DNA of 64,000 bases from Epiperipatus broadwayi (Eukaryota; Animalia; Onychophora): the NCBI GenBank assembly GCA_028023455.1, contig JAQFVV010000007.1:7130001-7194000 (forward strand). The letters are read 5' to 3'. The notes beneath the pieces were generated by a model. It saw only the letters and a program-made list of their open reading frames with translations, did no database searches and had not been told where the DNA came from. This document shows positions 1 to 15,124 of the stretch, piece by piece (the first letter of the stretch is position 1; each line of letters starts with the position of its first letter). The translations under genes and the position numbers were made by a program.

Positions 1-2025
1 TCTTTTATTATTTAGCAATTTCTTTTATAGTTGTGAATTCCTCTTAGTAATTCCAAATGATTAAACGCTAGACATATACTTATATTTTGCAATTATCTTA
101 TTTTTGTATATACTTTATTTTCAAAAAAAAAAAAATAATGTTATTAAAAGAATCCCAGGAGTTCAAGGAAGCAAAGAAGCCAGCAAGCAACAAACTGCAA
201 CTTTTAAATGAATTAAAATGTATTTAAGTTTATTGACAGAACAAGAATGAGGATATTAAAGTAATTTAGCTGGAGAAATGATAAAAATTACACACGCACG
301 CACACATATGCTATGAATTTGATGAAGTATTTTGCAGATTAGTGATTAAGACATTTCTTATCATGCTCAGTATCTAATCTTAAATTTAAACAGCACTTGA
401 AATTTTTTACAAGTACCTTAAGTTTTCTTTACAAAATACTCCTAAATTCACTTTCCACAATACTTTGTTAAAATATAGGGGATTTGAACTCATACTTCCA
501 AGCCACTTCACACTTTTATGACAATTTCGACTGCCTAATGACTTCTTCAGTTCTCACAACATATCTCTCTAATTTCAAATTTGTTTGTGATTTAAAGAAA
601 GGTTTGTTGCAAGATATGAAAAAGGTCACCTGAGAATTGAAAGTGTCATGATAAATTAAATAAAAGCATTACTGAAGTTGCATTTAAAAGATATGTGTGT
701 GTGTGTTTTTTAAAGATTTAATGTAAGCAATACTAAGAGTAGAAAAAAAAGATTTAACATGTTAGCTGAAGATTTATGAGAAATTAAAAATCTTTATGAG
801 ATAAATTATGGTTATTGAATGAATTATGAATGAATGGTAATCTGAAACGTGTTAGCTAGAAAGTAAACAACAAAATGCTAAAATCTTTATTTCTCCACTC
901 ATGTATGAAGGGGTGCTAAAGAAGTTTTAGTTTTCAGTGACTATTAAAAGACGTTTACTTTATATATATATATACTTATAAATTAACTTCCATCATAATT
1001 TGATGAATAAATGATGTAAAAGCATCAGGTAATCTTATAACATTGTATTAAAACTTTCAAGGTAAAACATATTACTGATGAGTGAAGACTCCGAGGCTGA
1101 TCAGTGTAAAGGTAATATAAAAATAAAGAAAAGGTAAATATGCTGAAGTATATTTTAATAATCACTAATATATATATTTTTTAATTTTACATCGACATTC
1201 TATTATTCCTTTAATTTTGAAAACTTGTTGAAAGAATCTGCTAGAGAGTTGTTATTATGCTAGATGCTATTGTCTCTTATAAAGCAAAGTTTACTGTTAA
1301 AGAAATTGAAAACAGCACCATAATGATATCAAATACATGAACATCAGCATCTTATATACATATGGATGCATTTGTGTTTTACATATTGATATGTATAGTC
1401 ATGATAAATTCATTCTTTTATTCTTTTTTGCTTTCTCGGAGTCTTTTCCCTTCTGGAGTTAAAACAATCTTTTTCATTCATAAGAGTCTTCTTTCTTTTG
1501 GAGTCAAAATAGTACTTCTCATTCATAAGTAATTGCCAATGAATATGGATAAAAAATTGTACAACATGGCAATACTGCCTAATAATTTCAGCATTTTAAT
1601 GTTTTGTATAAGTTATTTACTGATCAATTTACTTTATAATTGTCATTGGTAATAGAGGATGAAACAAACATAAAATATTCTGAGACATATAATAAAAATA
1701 ATGATTTTAATCTCAGAAAATTCTTGCACGTTTAGTATTTAAGCATAATCACAAAACTTTTAATAATGGTGAAATTACTGCTTCACAAAAGCAGTAAATG
1801 TTAATATTGGAGATTTACAAATGAGAAATAAAAATGAAGTTATAACAAATATATCAAATAAAGATGAAGAAACATCATATTCCAATAATTCATTTAGTGG
1901 TGCCATTACAGAGGGATCTCAAGAATTAATGTCAAAAAACTTTTTATTTGTATTCAGAAGCTTTAATCAGCAGTGGAAAAACTTGGTTAACTAAAGGGAT
2001 TTCAAAATTGTGAATTTGAGCATAT

Positions 2026-2163
2026 AAACAAGGCAAAACTCTACATACAGTAGTGCCACTCTGTGCCAACCAGAGTAATCAATGTAGGTAGAGTTTTTCC
2101 TTGTTTATTAACAATTATGTACTAGTATAAGAGATAGAGATCATGTGATGTTTAGTGGTTTAA
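2026..2163. mobile_element. Family A 3'-end foldback fragment
   Basis: ggcaaaactctacatacagtagtgccact arm followed by the family 3' end gatcatgtgatgtttagtggtttaa. Confidence 0.6.
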
Positions 2164-2672
2164 TTTGAACATATACAGTATAATTTTAGCATGATATTTC
2201 AGACAAGAGTTATCAGTTATTTTTAAAGTAGCAAATGGTTTAATCAGATAAGGAAGATACACATCAACTTACTCTTCTACTAAAAAAAAATTGGTTAACA
2301 TAAAAAATGTAATGGTTTTATTGCTTGAGAGTTCATAAATAGTTTGAATGCCAGAACAGCAAGTGCCAGAATCACTTATGGGACATTCCAATCACAAGTT
2401 GGACATTCTTTCAACTGTGCCAAAGTTTGCAGAGTATTAGTTGACATGATATTGCTTCATTCATTTTTGTTGATCATGTGAATTATGATTACTGAAAATA
2501 AATTTCATTACTATTTTCACTGATATCCTTATATTAACAAAGTAAAATTTCAATCAAGAATATATTGTTATTGTGTGTGTATATTGATGGGAGAGACAAT
2601 TCCAAATCACACATATAAACATACTGTAATTTAATAAATTTCAAGTTTTTTATGGTAAACAAGTATTTTCTC

Positions 2673-2990
2673 TAAAACATCACATGATCACCATTTCTTA
2701 TGCTTTCCACAAACTGTTAAAACAATAGCAAACTGTTCATAACTAGTGCTACCCAAGGAAGCCTTGGTAATGTAGATGATTAAATAGGAAAACGTGGCTG
2801 CTGGAGAGTTGCATTTGATCCTAAGATCTAGGTTACAGTACTCTTAGATTCAAAATTCCTCACTGATGAAAGCCACAAGCTAGAAACTAGTCTGGGAATA
2901 TTGGATGAGTAGTCACTAGATCCATTGATTACTAAGACTTGCAGTGGGTGGCAGTACTATATGGAGAGTTTGCTACTGTTTGCAATAAGT
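2673..2990 (+). mobile_element. Family A copy: short antisense 3' arm plus sense HHR-bearing arm
   Basis: Shares gatcctaagatctagg...ctagaaactagtctggg...atggagagttt with the copies at 7430, 21090 and 58110. Confidence 0.7.
2859..2896 (+). ncRNA. Type I hammerhead motif, family A, core intact
   Basis: CUCA-CUGAUGA-AAGC-CACAA-GCUA-GAAA-CUAG-UC-UGGG. Palindromic stem III ACUAGU, GUC site, distal stem I AUUCAA/UUGGAU. There is an A.A mismatch at the base of stem II. Confidence 0.75.
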
Positions 2991-3817
2991 ATTTTCTTAT
3001 AAAAATCTATAAAATGTGGTGAATAAGTACAATGAGTCAATTATTTATTTGTTTAGATCATTAGTAAATGAGAGAGTATACTCCATTAGTTACTATAAAA
3101 AAGTTGAATACTTTGTTATAATAAAATCAATGAATAATATCTAGGGTTTGAAATTATTTATGTGTAAAAACATATATATTTGAAATTTTTAATAGTTTTA
3201 TTTATAATTATTTAGTGAAAAATGCAGAAATTTAAATCAATTTTAAGTTAGCTAAAATAATTAGCTTGCTTAAAAAACTTGTTAATTTAATAAATAGCTT
3301 TGAAAGTAAATTGTTGATAGACAATAAGACTTACTTAGAAATATATAATAATATGTTTTAAAAAATTAATCACATCACGGTTCACAAATTAACTTGGGAT
3401 TATAGAACAAAGATGCTCATACTGGCCTTGACTGCATCATAAATTGAGAGGATATATAAGGCTTGGACTTAAATTCTAAATATACTTAGCATTTAATCAG
3501 AAAGTGTTTACTTCCAATAAGTAATTACTATAAATAGATTTAGTGACCAGAAGTTCCAGCCTACAGGAATTTATAATTATCATGAAATAAAAAAACCCTG
3601 GTAATTCAAGTAAAAGCTGAATGTCTTATTAATAGCAATATAGAAAATTTCCATTATATATTAGAAAATCCCAAAGCATGTGTTGAATAACATCAAATTC
3701 ATCAGTTGTAATTGAACACATTACAATATAGCTTGACAAACCTCAAGTTCTGTTTTCTCATTTTGAACATACCATTCCCTAGAAATATTACCAAAATCAT
3801 CTTTTCCTCTATTTTTG

Positions 3818-4153
3818 CAATTTATCCAAATCACTTTGAACACTTTTTAGCAAAAACCTTTATTGTACATATACATACACCTACATTTCAACTGTCCTGC
3901 AGTCTTCTTCAGAACTAGTTTACTTTTAGATTAAAGTAAACTGGCTCTGAAAAAGATTGCAGGATAGTTGAAACTTAGATGTATATATGTAAACTGGTTT
4001 TGAAGAAAAGTGCGGAACAGTTGAAACTTAGGTGTATATATGTAAACTGGCTATGAAGAAGACTGCAGGGACAGTTGAAATATAAATGTATGTGTATATA
4101 TGTAGAATAAAAGGTTTTTGCTAAAAAGTGTTAAAAGTGATGTGGATAAATTG
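3818..4153. repeat. Family I: antisense arm plus three tandem units of about 53 bp and a sense tail
   Basis: 3818-3925 is the reverse complement of the last unit plus tail. Unit gtaaactggctctgaagaagactgcaggacagttgaaacttag. Confidence 0.85.
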
Positions 4154-5604
4154 GATATTATTCTCTCTTATAATATGGTTAGTTAAATGGAAAATATCTA
4201 CCTGGCTGCAAAATATTCATGTGAAATGTTGAACGTTTAATGAAATTTTAATTACTAAAAAATAATTTGAAAACAGGAAAAAATTTGCTCATGAAAGGAA
4301 GTCACCAATCAGAAAGCTAAAATGGTAAAACATTGAACTCCAAGAGAGTCAGTCATCTTTCTGCTGATACTACTTGTAATAAGCTGGTAAATTGGACATG
4401 ATATACAAACTGGCAGCGTCAATACTATAATCACTTTGTGATTTATTTTCTTTTTTCATGTTTCAATATTTTTTTATTATTAATTGTTACTTATATTAAA
4501 AGTGTGTCCTTATTTGATTATGTATTTAATTATTTTATATTTAGTGTTATTAATATATATATTTTTTCTCATTAATTTTATTCATTATTAGCAGTCATAA
4601 ACTTGTGTTTTATCTTTAGGAAAAGTGAGTAAAATATGCCACACTCATAATTCATTGATTACAGGACATAAGGCATTCTTATGTATATATTTTTGGATCA
4701 AGATAAATCAATAATGAGATAAATAGTACATGGAAATTTAAGGAGTATATTTTAATTTTAAAAGTAGTGCATTAACATTTGTCATGAAATTATTAACTAC
4801 TTTTGAAAATATTTATTTGTATATACTCAAATCCTATTTCATTAAATTATTTGCTTGTTAAAAAAAGAACAATGCAAGTCCCCATGATGATAAACAGACT
4901 CAAGGATTCAATCAAGATTTTCCAACAGATTTTCAACTGAGAAAATAATGAAACTATTGTGTTCAACTTGTCTTTAGGGGTTTAGATACCACATAACTTT
5001 CTAATAAACTAACCATATAATTAGTATTTCATATAAAATAAACCATATTAAAAAGTATAGATTTTTATTTATAACCTTCAAGTATTATTAATTTATTTAA
5101 ATCTTCTACATTTAGTTATTGCAATTTGGCTTTGGGCATAAACATTATTAGAATTCAGCCATGGATTTAACAGTAGCACTTGTATGACACTTATTTCTCT
5201 CCCCAGTTAAGAAAATGATTATTTAATATTTCATTTGCATATTTTTTTTACAGTTGTGATTACTTTACTTCCAACATCAAAATAGCTAATAAAACAAATT
5301 ATCTGAGAATATTTCCCTTCTTGAATCCTCCCACAATTAAACTCGCAATATGAAGTTCACCCCCTTTAATATTTATGTATAAAATATTCAAATCACCTTC
5401 CCAAAGGCTATGTTTTATTCCCTCTACAAATAAATATAAAGTCTGAAGTTCAAACAGCTGACTTAAAAGGGTACATTCAAATCACCCACCAAATCATTAT
5501 GTTTTTTTTTAGCAATGCCCTCTGTAAATAAATATATACTATATTTAATATTTTCATAGTTATATGATGTAAATAAACTCTTTTTTTTTTGGGTTAAACC
5601 ATGT

Positions 5605-5763
5605 ATTATTTTGTTTAAATTCCCAATATTATGAAAATATCATTTGTCATTATCAAGGTTATTGTCTCATTATTACTTAAGACTTACAATTCATCATTAA
5701 GACCTTAATGTTGACAATGATGATGATATTTCATACATTATAGGAAATTTAAACAAAATAATA
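5605..5763. repeat. Small foldback, about 55-bp arms
   Basis: attattttgtttaaattcc versus ggaaatttaaacaaaataat, plus inner complementarity. Confidence 0.65.
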
Positions 5764-6354
5764 ATATAGTTCAATCCTCAAAAAACATTATATATATATC
5801 AATCATAACACAAATTTGCAGTCAATAAATATACACAGTATGACCAAGTAAAAAATGATTAGTTTATTTCTAAGCTATCTCCAATTTATTTTGAATCAGT
5901 GCATGTGTTACATAGTGATACAGTTTACTTAGTTATCACAAAATTTAAAGACACAAATCATGAGTCATAGCATGAAATGTGACTATGTTTGATATATTCA
6001 TAAATTATCAACATTCATCACTCATTATGAAATCTTGCAAACCATTTGAAACATGGCTTCATTGTTATGCAGAATTTAAATTATTTGAAATGTTGCTGTA
6101 GCAATTTTCTCAATTTAAAACAAAACTTCTTATTAGGAGATTGTTCCATCATGCATTAAGTATGAATCACACTATCATATTTCATAATCATAAAGTATGA
6201 TATAGACATGCTCACACCTTAAAAATTTGTGATACATAGACAAATTATAATGCTATCTAACACACAAGTTGATTCAAACAAGGTGTTGCAGACAACTTTG
6301 GGAGAGGATCATTCGATTCTTCACTGGATCATATATATATATGCTTGTAATGTT

Positions 6355-6388
<34 letters not shown>

Positions 6389-6949
6389 CGTGTAAGAATA
6401 AATTAAAATATATGTATATACCATAGATAATATGCAATAAAACAAATTCTATGAGAGTATGTAGCTAATTATCAACCATTACCATAGTTTGACTTAGCAA
6501 AGTAATAAATATTGTTTTATACCTGTATTTAGCACCGTAATAGTTGATAATTATCTATATACTCTTGTAGAATTTATTTTATTATAAATATATGACAAGA
6601 AACTTGAGCACAATTTATATATAAGTAAATTAATAGTGATGGTGCCAAAATCCAAATAAAAATATTAATTTAAATAATTAAAATAGTAACAAAAAGGAAA
6701 ATGCCTCTTAGCTGTTTATCTAACTTACCATGAGTGAATGATAAATGTTATTTCTGATGTGCACAAAACAGCCATAATATTATTTATAAAACCAAACTTT
6801 AAGAGTGCAACTATTACTTAGCTTTTCAGGAGATTATTCACCCCATTTTGATTAATCTTAAAGATGCATTGGTTCTTCAGATTCCCATCTACCTTTTTTA
6901 TACATATGTCTGGAATTGAACTCAAGTTGAACAAAGTGTCTAATAAACT

Positions 6950-7681
6950 AATAGGACCATATTTACACAGAGGCTAAACTTTCCATATAATCACATTATT
7001 CAATGCAAGCCAGAGCAATCAATGGATTCAGGAAGGTTTGTGCACAAAATCCCTATATAGTGTCTACTCATCCAATATCCCAGACTAGTTTCTAGCTTGT
7101 GGATTCCTTCAGTGAGGATATTTGGATCTGAGAGCACTGCACCTAGATCTTAGAATCTAATGCAATCCTCCAGCAGCCATATTTTGCCTTATTAGCTAAT
7201 TATAAATCTTTGAGTCCAAAATGAAAACACAATAGTGTTTTTAATTCAAACTTATAAGCTTGTATAGTCATATAGATTTGAACTCAATTCAAATCCATAA
7301 TTTTGGTGTCTTTGGTTCTTTAATAACTACATTCACCATAATCCCATTGGGAGGTATTGTTATTAAAACCACTAAATATCACATGATGACTATTCTTTAT
7401 GCTTACACAAGCTGTTTACTCAGAGCCAAAGTGGAATGCATTAGATCCTAAGATCTAGGTGCAGTGCTCTCAGATCCAAGGCTTTTCATGGATGAAAGCG
7501 GAAGCTAGAAACTAGTCTGGGGATATTGTATAAATATGTACTAGATAGGATTTTATGCTCAAACATTTTTACATTCACTGATTACTCTGGCTTGCCCTGA
7601 ATGGTGCTATTGTATGGAGAGTTTAGCCTCTGTGTAAACAGCTCATGTAGCATAAAAATGGTGATCATGTGATGTTTAGGA
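6950..7681. mobile_element. Family A cluster: long antisense copy (about 6950-7350) plus inverted dimer (7357-7681)
   Basis: Alignable by eye to 20895-21296 and 58043-58345. Carries two HHR remnants (7079-7116 minus, 7485-7521 plus). Confidence 0.75.
7079..7116 (-). ncRNA. Degenerate hammerhead motif, family A
   Basis: Minus strand CUCA-CUGAAGG-AAUC-CACAA-GCUA-GAAA-CUAG-UC-UGGG; core A9 changed to G. Confidence 0.55.
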
Positions 7682-8103
7682 TCATATTTGATAGACAACA
7701 AAGCTCCATACAACTAATTATTAATCACATACTATGACATAGATATTAATAATAATTCGTAGTAATAATGATTCACAAAATGTAATTACTTATTAGATAA
7801 ATATAGAGATGATATTACTGTATATACCTCCGATTACATAATGTATATAAGCAAGATCAAATTTATATAAGATTTTTAGTATATAATATTCCATCTACTT
7901 TTTAATTTTCTTTCAAATAGCACTCAATCTTTATTGTTTCCATATATGATACTAACTAAGACAAACTTTTATTCTAGATATGATTTTGTAGTTAGTCTGT
8001 GGGTGTTTATAAATTTTGATTGCATCTCAGCATACAAAGATATATAACAACAAAATATTAAAATTTTGATAGATGTTATATATACTATAATTAAATAACG
8101 TAA

Positions 8104-8388
8104 TGCTAGATTTTAAAAAAGCATAATCTAATAGTATATAGTGTAATAGCTGGTTTATCTAAATAAATTTTAAAATGGCCTTTTACAAAATCCATGTAGA
8201 TATTTACAGTATTTATTTTCAATGCTGTACACATTTAATATTCAATTGCTAGATTTAAAAAAAAGCATAATATAATAGCATATAGCGTAATAGCTGGTTT
8301 ACCTAAATAAATTTTAAAATGGCCCTTTTACAAAGTCCAAGTAGGTATTTATTTCTTTTCAATGCTCTATACATTTAATATTCAATTG
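8104..8388 (+). repeat. Tandem duplication of about 143 bp
   Basis: Units start at 8104 and 8247. Confidence 0.9.
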
Positions 8389-11300
8389 TAACTTATGTTA
8401 ATTATTTTCTGACAATATTTAATAAATTCCCTCTGAGAATAATTCATGGTCCATGAATTTAGTTAATGATGCTTCAATGAGCTTTTCTCCAATGAAGACA
8501 GGTTATTCCTAGGCAAAGCATGATGACTGGATAATTATTTATTCCTAGGCAAAGTATGATAATTGGATAACTATTTCTAGACATTACACATCTTTCATTT
8601 TTTATAGTCTTCCATAACTTTAATACAAAAACATATTAAAAATTTAGTTTAGTTATCCCTTATGAATCTAAATTTCTCTCAACTTCAACTTACATTGTAA
8701 CATCAATTATCTATTAACTGTAATTGAAATACTTAATTTGTTCAGCCTTTTTAAATTTAATATGCAAATAGTAGATATATTTTCCAACTGTTATTTGGTT
8801 GGACTTATTATCCAAAACAATTAATATTTGATAAACTTTAAAAACCAGTCAACACTTAGATAATCCCAATATAATAGCAATTAACAATTTCAAACTGTTG
8901 TTTTAACGATAAAGGTGAAATCCCACCCTTATTAATGGTCTAATATACTTATATAGACACTAAAGATTGCAACTTGACTACAAGGATTGAAATTATTGAT
9001 ACAAAAAGTTTAAATAAACCTGTTCAAACACGTAAATAGAACCTATTCTAAATGCAGACTAATAAATTGTCAATTATAACATTACAAATTGCAATTATAA
9101 GTTTCAAATTGCACTCAAAATCTTACTTATATAATAAGTGCAATAAAGCCCATGGCTAAATGGGTTTATAAGTAAGCATTAAAACCGTTCAACACTTAGA
9201 CAATCCCAACATCAATAACAATCAACAATTTCTAACTGTTGTCAATATATATTTATGATAATTATTTATTCAGTCTTCACATAATTTGACTTTCTTTTTA
9301 AGTTATAATTATATGAAAAAATATTTAATACTAATTTTAATATAAACATATAATAATTTACTTTCTTGACTTTGACAAAATATCAATCATAAAATATTAT
9401 TAACTATTTTTTATGTCAAATCTACACACACACATTTTCAAATATTACATTTAATTAAAGCAAGTTTGGGAATATATGCATAACACTCAAATAAAAAAAT
9501 AAGACCAAACTTTTAATTGATCTTCATAGTTTTTCTATTTATCTTTTTATTTTTTAAAACGTCAATCTATTTACAGCAAAGAAAAGTCATCATTTGAAAT
9601 CTTCCTCTTCTAAGAGACTTACAGTATCAACTCCATAACTCAAGATTTAATAGACTAACCCATAATTAAGACATCTTTAAAGATTTAAATTTGCTTGAAA
9701 ACTTTTTTTCTATATAGAGTGAATAATATTGGAAAGGTAATAAGTGATGTCTATTGCTGTTCAAATTAAGAAAGCCATTTACAATTGGAGAGAGACTAAA
9801 AGAAAAAAAATGCAATAAAGAGTTTCTAATGAAGTCCGTTGGTCATAAAAGAACAATTATTTGTATATAAAACTTTAAAAACACAATAAAATAAAAAACA
9901 TGTTCAAATAAAACATCAAAAATAAATCTGAATTAAAAACAAAAAGAGACACAACTTTATTTTTAATTATCAAAATTAACAAAGTAATAAATATTTCCTA
10001 TGGAGTCAACAAACACGCTTTCAACAAATCACATGATCCATATTAATTTTTAATGAAAACTTTCAAAGATATATATTTCATTGAAAGCCACTATTAGGTA
10101 ATCACAGAAAGAAGATGGCTATCTAAATATTTATACGTGAGGTTGTATATAATTAGTGATTTAATGTACGTGTGTGAAAAAGAATAAGAATTTGTAACTT
10201 TCTGATTATTCTACCTGAATGTTGCGATATAGAGATGACATTACTAGTCCTTTAGCTTTGTTTCACTCTCCTGTAGCTATCTTTAGTACTATTTTGTCGT
10301 TTTTACACTCATTTCATACTCAAAATTTGATATTAATTTATTAGTTAAAAAAACTCTAAAGATGTCACTAGCTGACAAAGTAGAAACTATACAAAGAAAC
10401 TCACTAGAGTTTATAAAATTGTTGATTTTGAGCATGTAAACAAACTTATAAACTCCCATTCTATTGTTCTTTAAGACTAGAAATAAAATTACATTGTTTC
10501 AATTATTTATTCAAATATTTATGATTATAAAATATTTATATAGTAATTATTAAAAAATATATATTCACATTTACACATAATTTTTTTTCCAAATATGTTT
10601 CATTTTGATACTTTTGGATAAAACTGCTGCAACATAATCATCCAGTGATATTTATTTTAACTTTGCTATCTCACAAAATAAGGACTGCATGAGATTATGG
10701 GATCTTCAGACAAACTTAACCAATCGATTTCTTTATACCAAAATGACTACCTAAAATGTTATTGCAAAAAACAAACACATATTTACATTATAATGATGAG
10801 TATATTTATTACAATAAAAGACATAACAATTATGTTCTCCAATATGAAAACGAAAGCTTCCTTTTGTTTGTGTAATCACTTTCACATAAATTTGGCCAAA
10901 TATGAATCAAGATGCTGATGCATGGTTCCTCATTTTTTAATTCACAATTTGTCCAAAGCCCAAAGTTGTTCTACATTCTGTATGTGGACACCGGTTTCTG
11001 GGTCAATGAAATTATAGTTATGGTTGACTCAAAAATGTCTTTGCACAATTAATATTATCTACATAGGTTCACAAGTAGAAAAAAAATCACAGGTAAACAC
11101 TTAAAGAAATGTGATGTGTATATGTGAGTTGGATTAGTCCTGCCAGGATTATTGGATAACATCACATCATAATTTAAAATGTAAAATTGGCAGTTAAAGC
11201 AAGATTTTCTGTAAAAGCCTTCTCAAGTTTGGAAATATGTAATATTCAAGTAAAAATTATTCCTTTTCCTTTTTAGATGATTATGAATTTGTTTAATTCG

Positions 11301-12443
11301 ATGTTTATTTATAAATTCATTTTTAGTCACAGCAGCTCTAATTCCAAAATATCTTCATTTTTAAAAGCAGAAGTTAAGAAAATCAAAGTAATATGATCAC
11401 TATACCCTGTCAAACAGAGACATTTAGAATTTTTATGATATTCAAATAATTATAAGTGCAATTTTAAATTTTAGAACAGACTTTCATAGTATTATGATGA
11501 CTTAACAAAAGTTTTGTTAACATTGATGTTAAACTAATAGTCAATGTATCACATTATAATGTGTTTTTTTATATTTGGAAAATTCAAATAAAAATTTTTA
11601 GGATATTTTTCATTTGTAAATTTATATTTCTAACAAATAAAGGTTCAAATATTAAAATAAAATGTTGAAGATGGATAAAAATTTCCATCAGGAAATAATA
11701 AAAATATCAAGCAGTTAAAGGGTTAACAAATCAACAGTTCTCACCATTTCCTACTGCCTTATATGATAGGATGTTGGTTCACCAAAGGCTAGATGCTGTT
11801 TTCAATGCAGATAGCCTTTTCTGTATCTCCTTTCCTTTTTTCAATCACACTAGTTTAGGATCCAATCTTACTGAGCCTCTTGCCCTATGGGTCATCTTCC
11901 TACACTAACTGTGACCATGGGATTGCATGTTGGTGCAGCAACATTTCCATTCCTTAACTATGCACTCATCATTTCTGACCCCAGTGTAGTTTTGTTTATT
12001 CAATCCCTTAAGAATATAGAAAGTGATAAATAGTTTCAGGCTTAGTAGGCTGTCATTCCTTAGTTGTGACCTTTTCTTAAGTCAGTACAATCCACTAATG
12101 AGTCAATATAGAACTGAATTTGGGACAGGATGTTCAGCTAGCAAAAATTGTACATTTAATCAACCCTATATAATGATTTCATCTTTACAAGAAATGTATG
12201 TGTTTAGAAAATGTAGTCAGAAAATTGCTTGTTTTCAACAGTCTGGCCATGATTTGGAGCCTGACAGATTACTCATTAATGTGATCAAAATATTATTATC
12301 CTCAGTAATAGTGATAAAGCAGATGTGAGTGATAATACTATTGGTAAGTATTGCAAATCTATTTTTTTCCTAAATATAAATATGTTAATGTGCAAACTTC
12401 ATATTCTGTAAACAGTTTAACACCAGAGTAAGTGACAATCTGA

Positions 12444-12750
12444 GTTGTTAAAGAGCTGCTGAGGTTTAAGATCAATGTAGCTGGTCTTGAGGAAACTCAT
12501 CTTCCAATGGAAGACAATTTTAATACAATAGGTAAATGGTTGCAAGGGGTTTTTTTTTGGAAGATTGGATCAATCAATGAGGGAAATATGCATTATATTG
12601 GATTTGTTGCAAAGTTTAATATAGTATCTTCTATTCTTTTCAATTTCCTCATTTTATCAAAGAAAGACTAAGAGTTTAAAACTTTATTTCAACAGTGGTA
12701 CCAATGCTCATTTTACTAGTGCATATAGTCCAACATTGAAATTTAAAATA
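12444..12750 (+). mobile_element. Decayed RTE-type AP-endonuclease N-terminal fragment
   Basis: Translates ELLRFKINVAGLEETHL...KERL...FTSAYSPTL with frameshifts, resembling the RTE APE motifs EL.RY.IDIAAL.ETRL and ISAYAPT. Confidence 0.65.
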
Positions 12751-15124
12751 AACCAAACACCTTATTACCTTCTTCATTCTAACCATGCTCTGTCTATTTA
12801 AATTCTTTAATAAAATTATAAATATTAAAATAATGTTTAGCTCTTTATTAATTGATAAAAATTAAATGGAAATTTTATCACCAGAGGAAGAAAATCAAAG
12901 TTAAACAGCTGAATATTTATTTACTGATATGCAAAAACTAAATTCTTAAACATCAGCTATTTTGGCATTCAGTCAGTCATAAGGTTATTCATAATTAACC
13001 GTTATACCAGAATATTCATTCCATTATCTGACATCTGTTGAAGCCTGTCGAGAGTCTATGCATGGCAACTTATATATTTATACATTAATAGAGTTGATAT
13101 GTTATTTAAAATTAAAAACATTAAATAAAGGGAATCTTATACCAGACTGTGAATAGTAAATCAGAGCACAATAGATGCAACACTGTTTCTGGGAATGAAA
13201 AAAGAGATGAAAGATTTGGAATTATTATAGCAAGAACAGTGCTAAAATGAGATATCAGACAGTAGTCTGTTAAAGGAGTAACTAACAAAGGCAAGCTATC
13301 GTCAATGGTTGTAATGAGTTATAGCTTGGCTCAGTATGTTATGTTTTATAATAATCTTTTGCTTTCAGGTAAAGCAATAACTTTCATCTGGTTGAAAGTA
13401 ATGTTTTTTTACGTGGCCTGTTTATTAAAATCATAGCATTATTTGTTTGTCGTAAACCCATAAGAAGTTTGACCACCGGAAATGACAAGATGGGCAGCAT
13501 TTCATAGACTTTAATCTCGAAGATCTGGAATTCTATCAATGCACCAAACTATTTTTAATTTATACAATATCAGTTTGTTTTCATTAAAATTAGTTTTAAA
13601 TTTTTGTAGAAAAATAGAGGGGGGAGGGATAACTTCTTTCAATAGATATATTCATTATTTAAATTTCACTCTTTCACTGCTAAAAATACTGAAAGCGAAC
13701 TTTAGTGTTGATGGATGATATTAATGGCAATATTACAAACAAGATTTCTTCAAACTTTAGTCTCCACTGTTATAGAATCACTTAACTTGTTGCTAAGAAG
13801 ATTAATCATAATATAGTGGTTCTGAAGTTAATGTAAAATTAATATCACGTGGGTTGTACTCATAATTACAGGTAAGGTTATTTATTATAAGATTGTTTAT
13901 TGTCAGGTGATAGAGTGCTTTCATACAAATTCACAATTTATAAGTAATAAATATCAGAAACATATTATTTAGAATATCAAATATCTTTATAAAATTCTAT
14001 CTAAATCATTTATCTAAAAGATTTTTGAGACGAAAAAAGGAAAATAAAATAAAATATTATATACTCGTAAAATAATTTGAAACACAGCTTCCATATTTGA
14101 TAAATATGAGTATCGAAAAAAAGTGAATTGCTAATCATTTTTTACTTATTGTATTATTTATATAACGTCACCGTACTTGATTTTTAAAAAAATCCCATAG
14201 GGTAGTGATTACAATATCCATTCCTTGGCAGATGGAGCTTGAGAAATTTTTATTATCTTTGGCTACTCAGTAAATAGATATGCAGTAAATTAAAAATTAT
14301 ATAAATTATCAAATGGTTTTATTGTTTGGAAGCTCATAAGAAGTGTGAGCACTATAAACACCTCAACTAGAATCAACCAACGATCTTAGATCAGAGTCTG
14401 ACATTTTACCACTATCCTAAACTGTATTAGGCAAAAAGCATGCAGCTATTTATAGCTACAGAGTAAATAAAGGAAAAACATAGACCAGTCAGTAGTGAAC
14501 AACAGGCCCTACTGAGTACTATCATATTACTGTCAAAAAGTTATGGAGAAGCCTTTGCCCTCCAATGGGTTATTTAAAACTATTTTTTTACTCCAATCTT
14601 AAACTCGAAACACATAAAAAGTAATTTTATTCTGAGGAGATGAAAGAGGTATTTCAGAATGCATAATTATTGTAATATATCATAACCTCCAAGTTAACTA
14701 ATTATTTCTTAAAATGTATCAATATGACCATCTTAAATGATAAGATTATCAAAGTAGCATTAGTAATGCAAAATACAGTTCCATAAATGGCAGAATTCAA
14801 TTAAGTATGTTTTATCAGATGCTGTGACCATCAATAGATTTTGGTATAAAACAACTGAATAATCACTATTTGTCCAGGAATTTCTTACAGGAGATTGTAA
14901 AATATGTTGGCTCATCAAAACTTTAGTTTATGATACCAATATGGTTTCTGGCTTTTCTCTCTGTTTTCAGTCATCTTTGGTAATAGCTATAACAATGAAA
15001 TAGGGTGTGAAGCATTTTTATCATTTAATGATACTACTGAAATTGCACTGCAATTTTTTTCTCTCTATATAAAATAAAACATAAATTCATATAACATAAT
15101 ATTAACCAAAAAACAAAAAAAATA

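Noticed and set aside
505-555. Minus-strand CUGAAGA...GAAA next to a family B 3' end
   Set aside because: No consistent stem II, stem I or cleavage triplet.
902-935. Mariner-like TIR fragment tatgaaggggtgctaaagaagttt
   Set aside because: No matching opposite end or transposase found.
1070-1120. CTGATGA within a TATTAC/GTAATA stem
   Set aside because: No GAAA after a stem II.
11711-11726. gcagttaaagggttaa resembling the piggyBac-like right end
   Set aside because: No left end identified.
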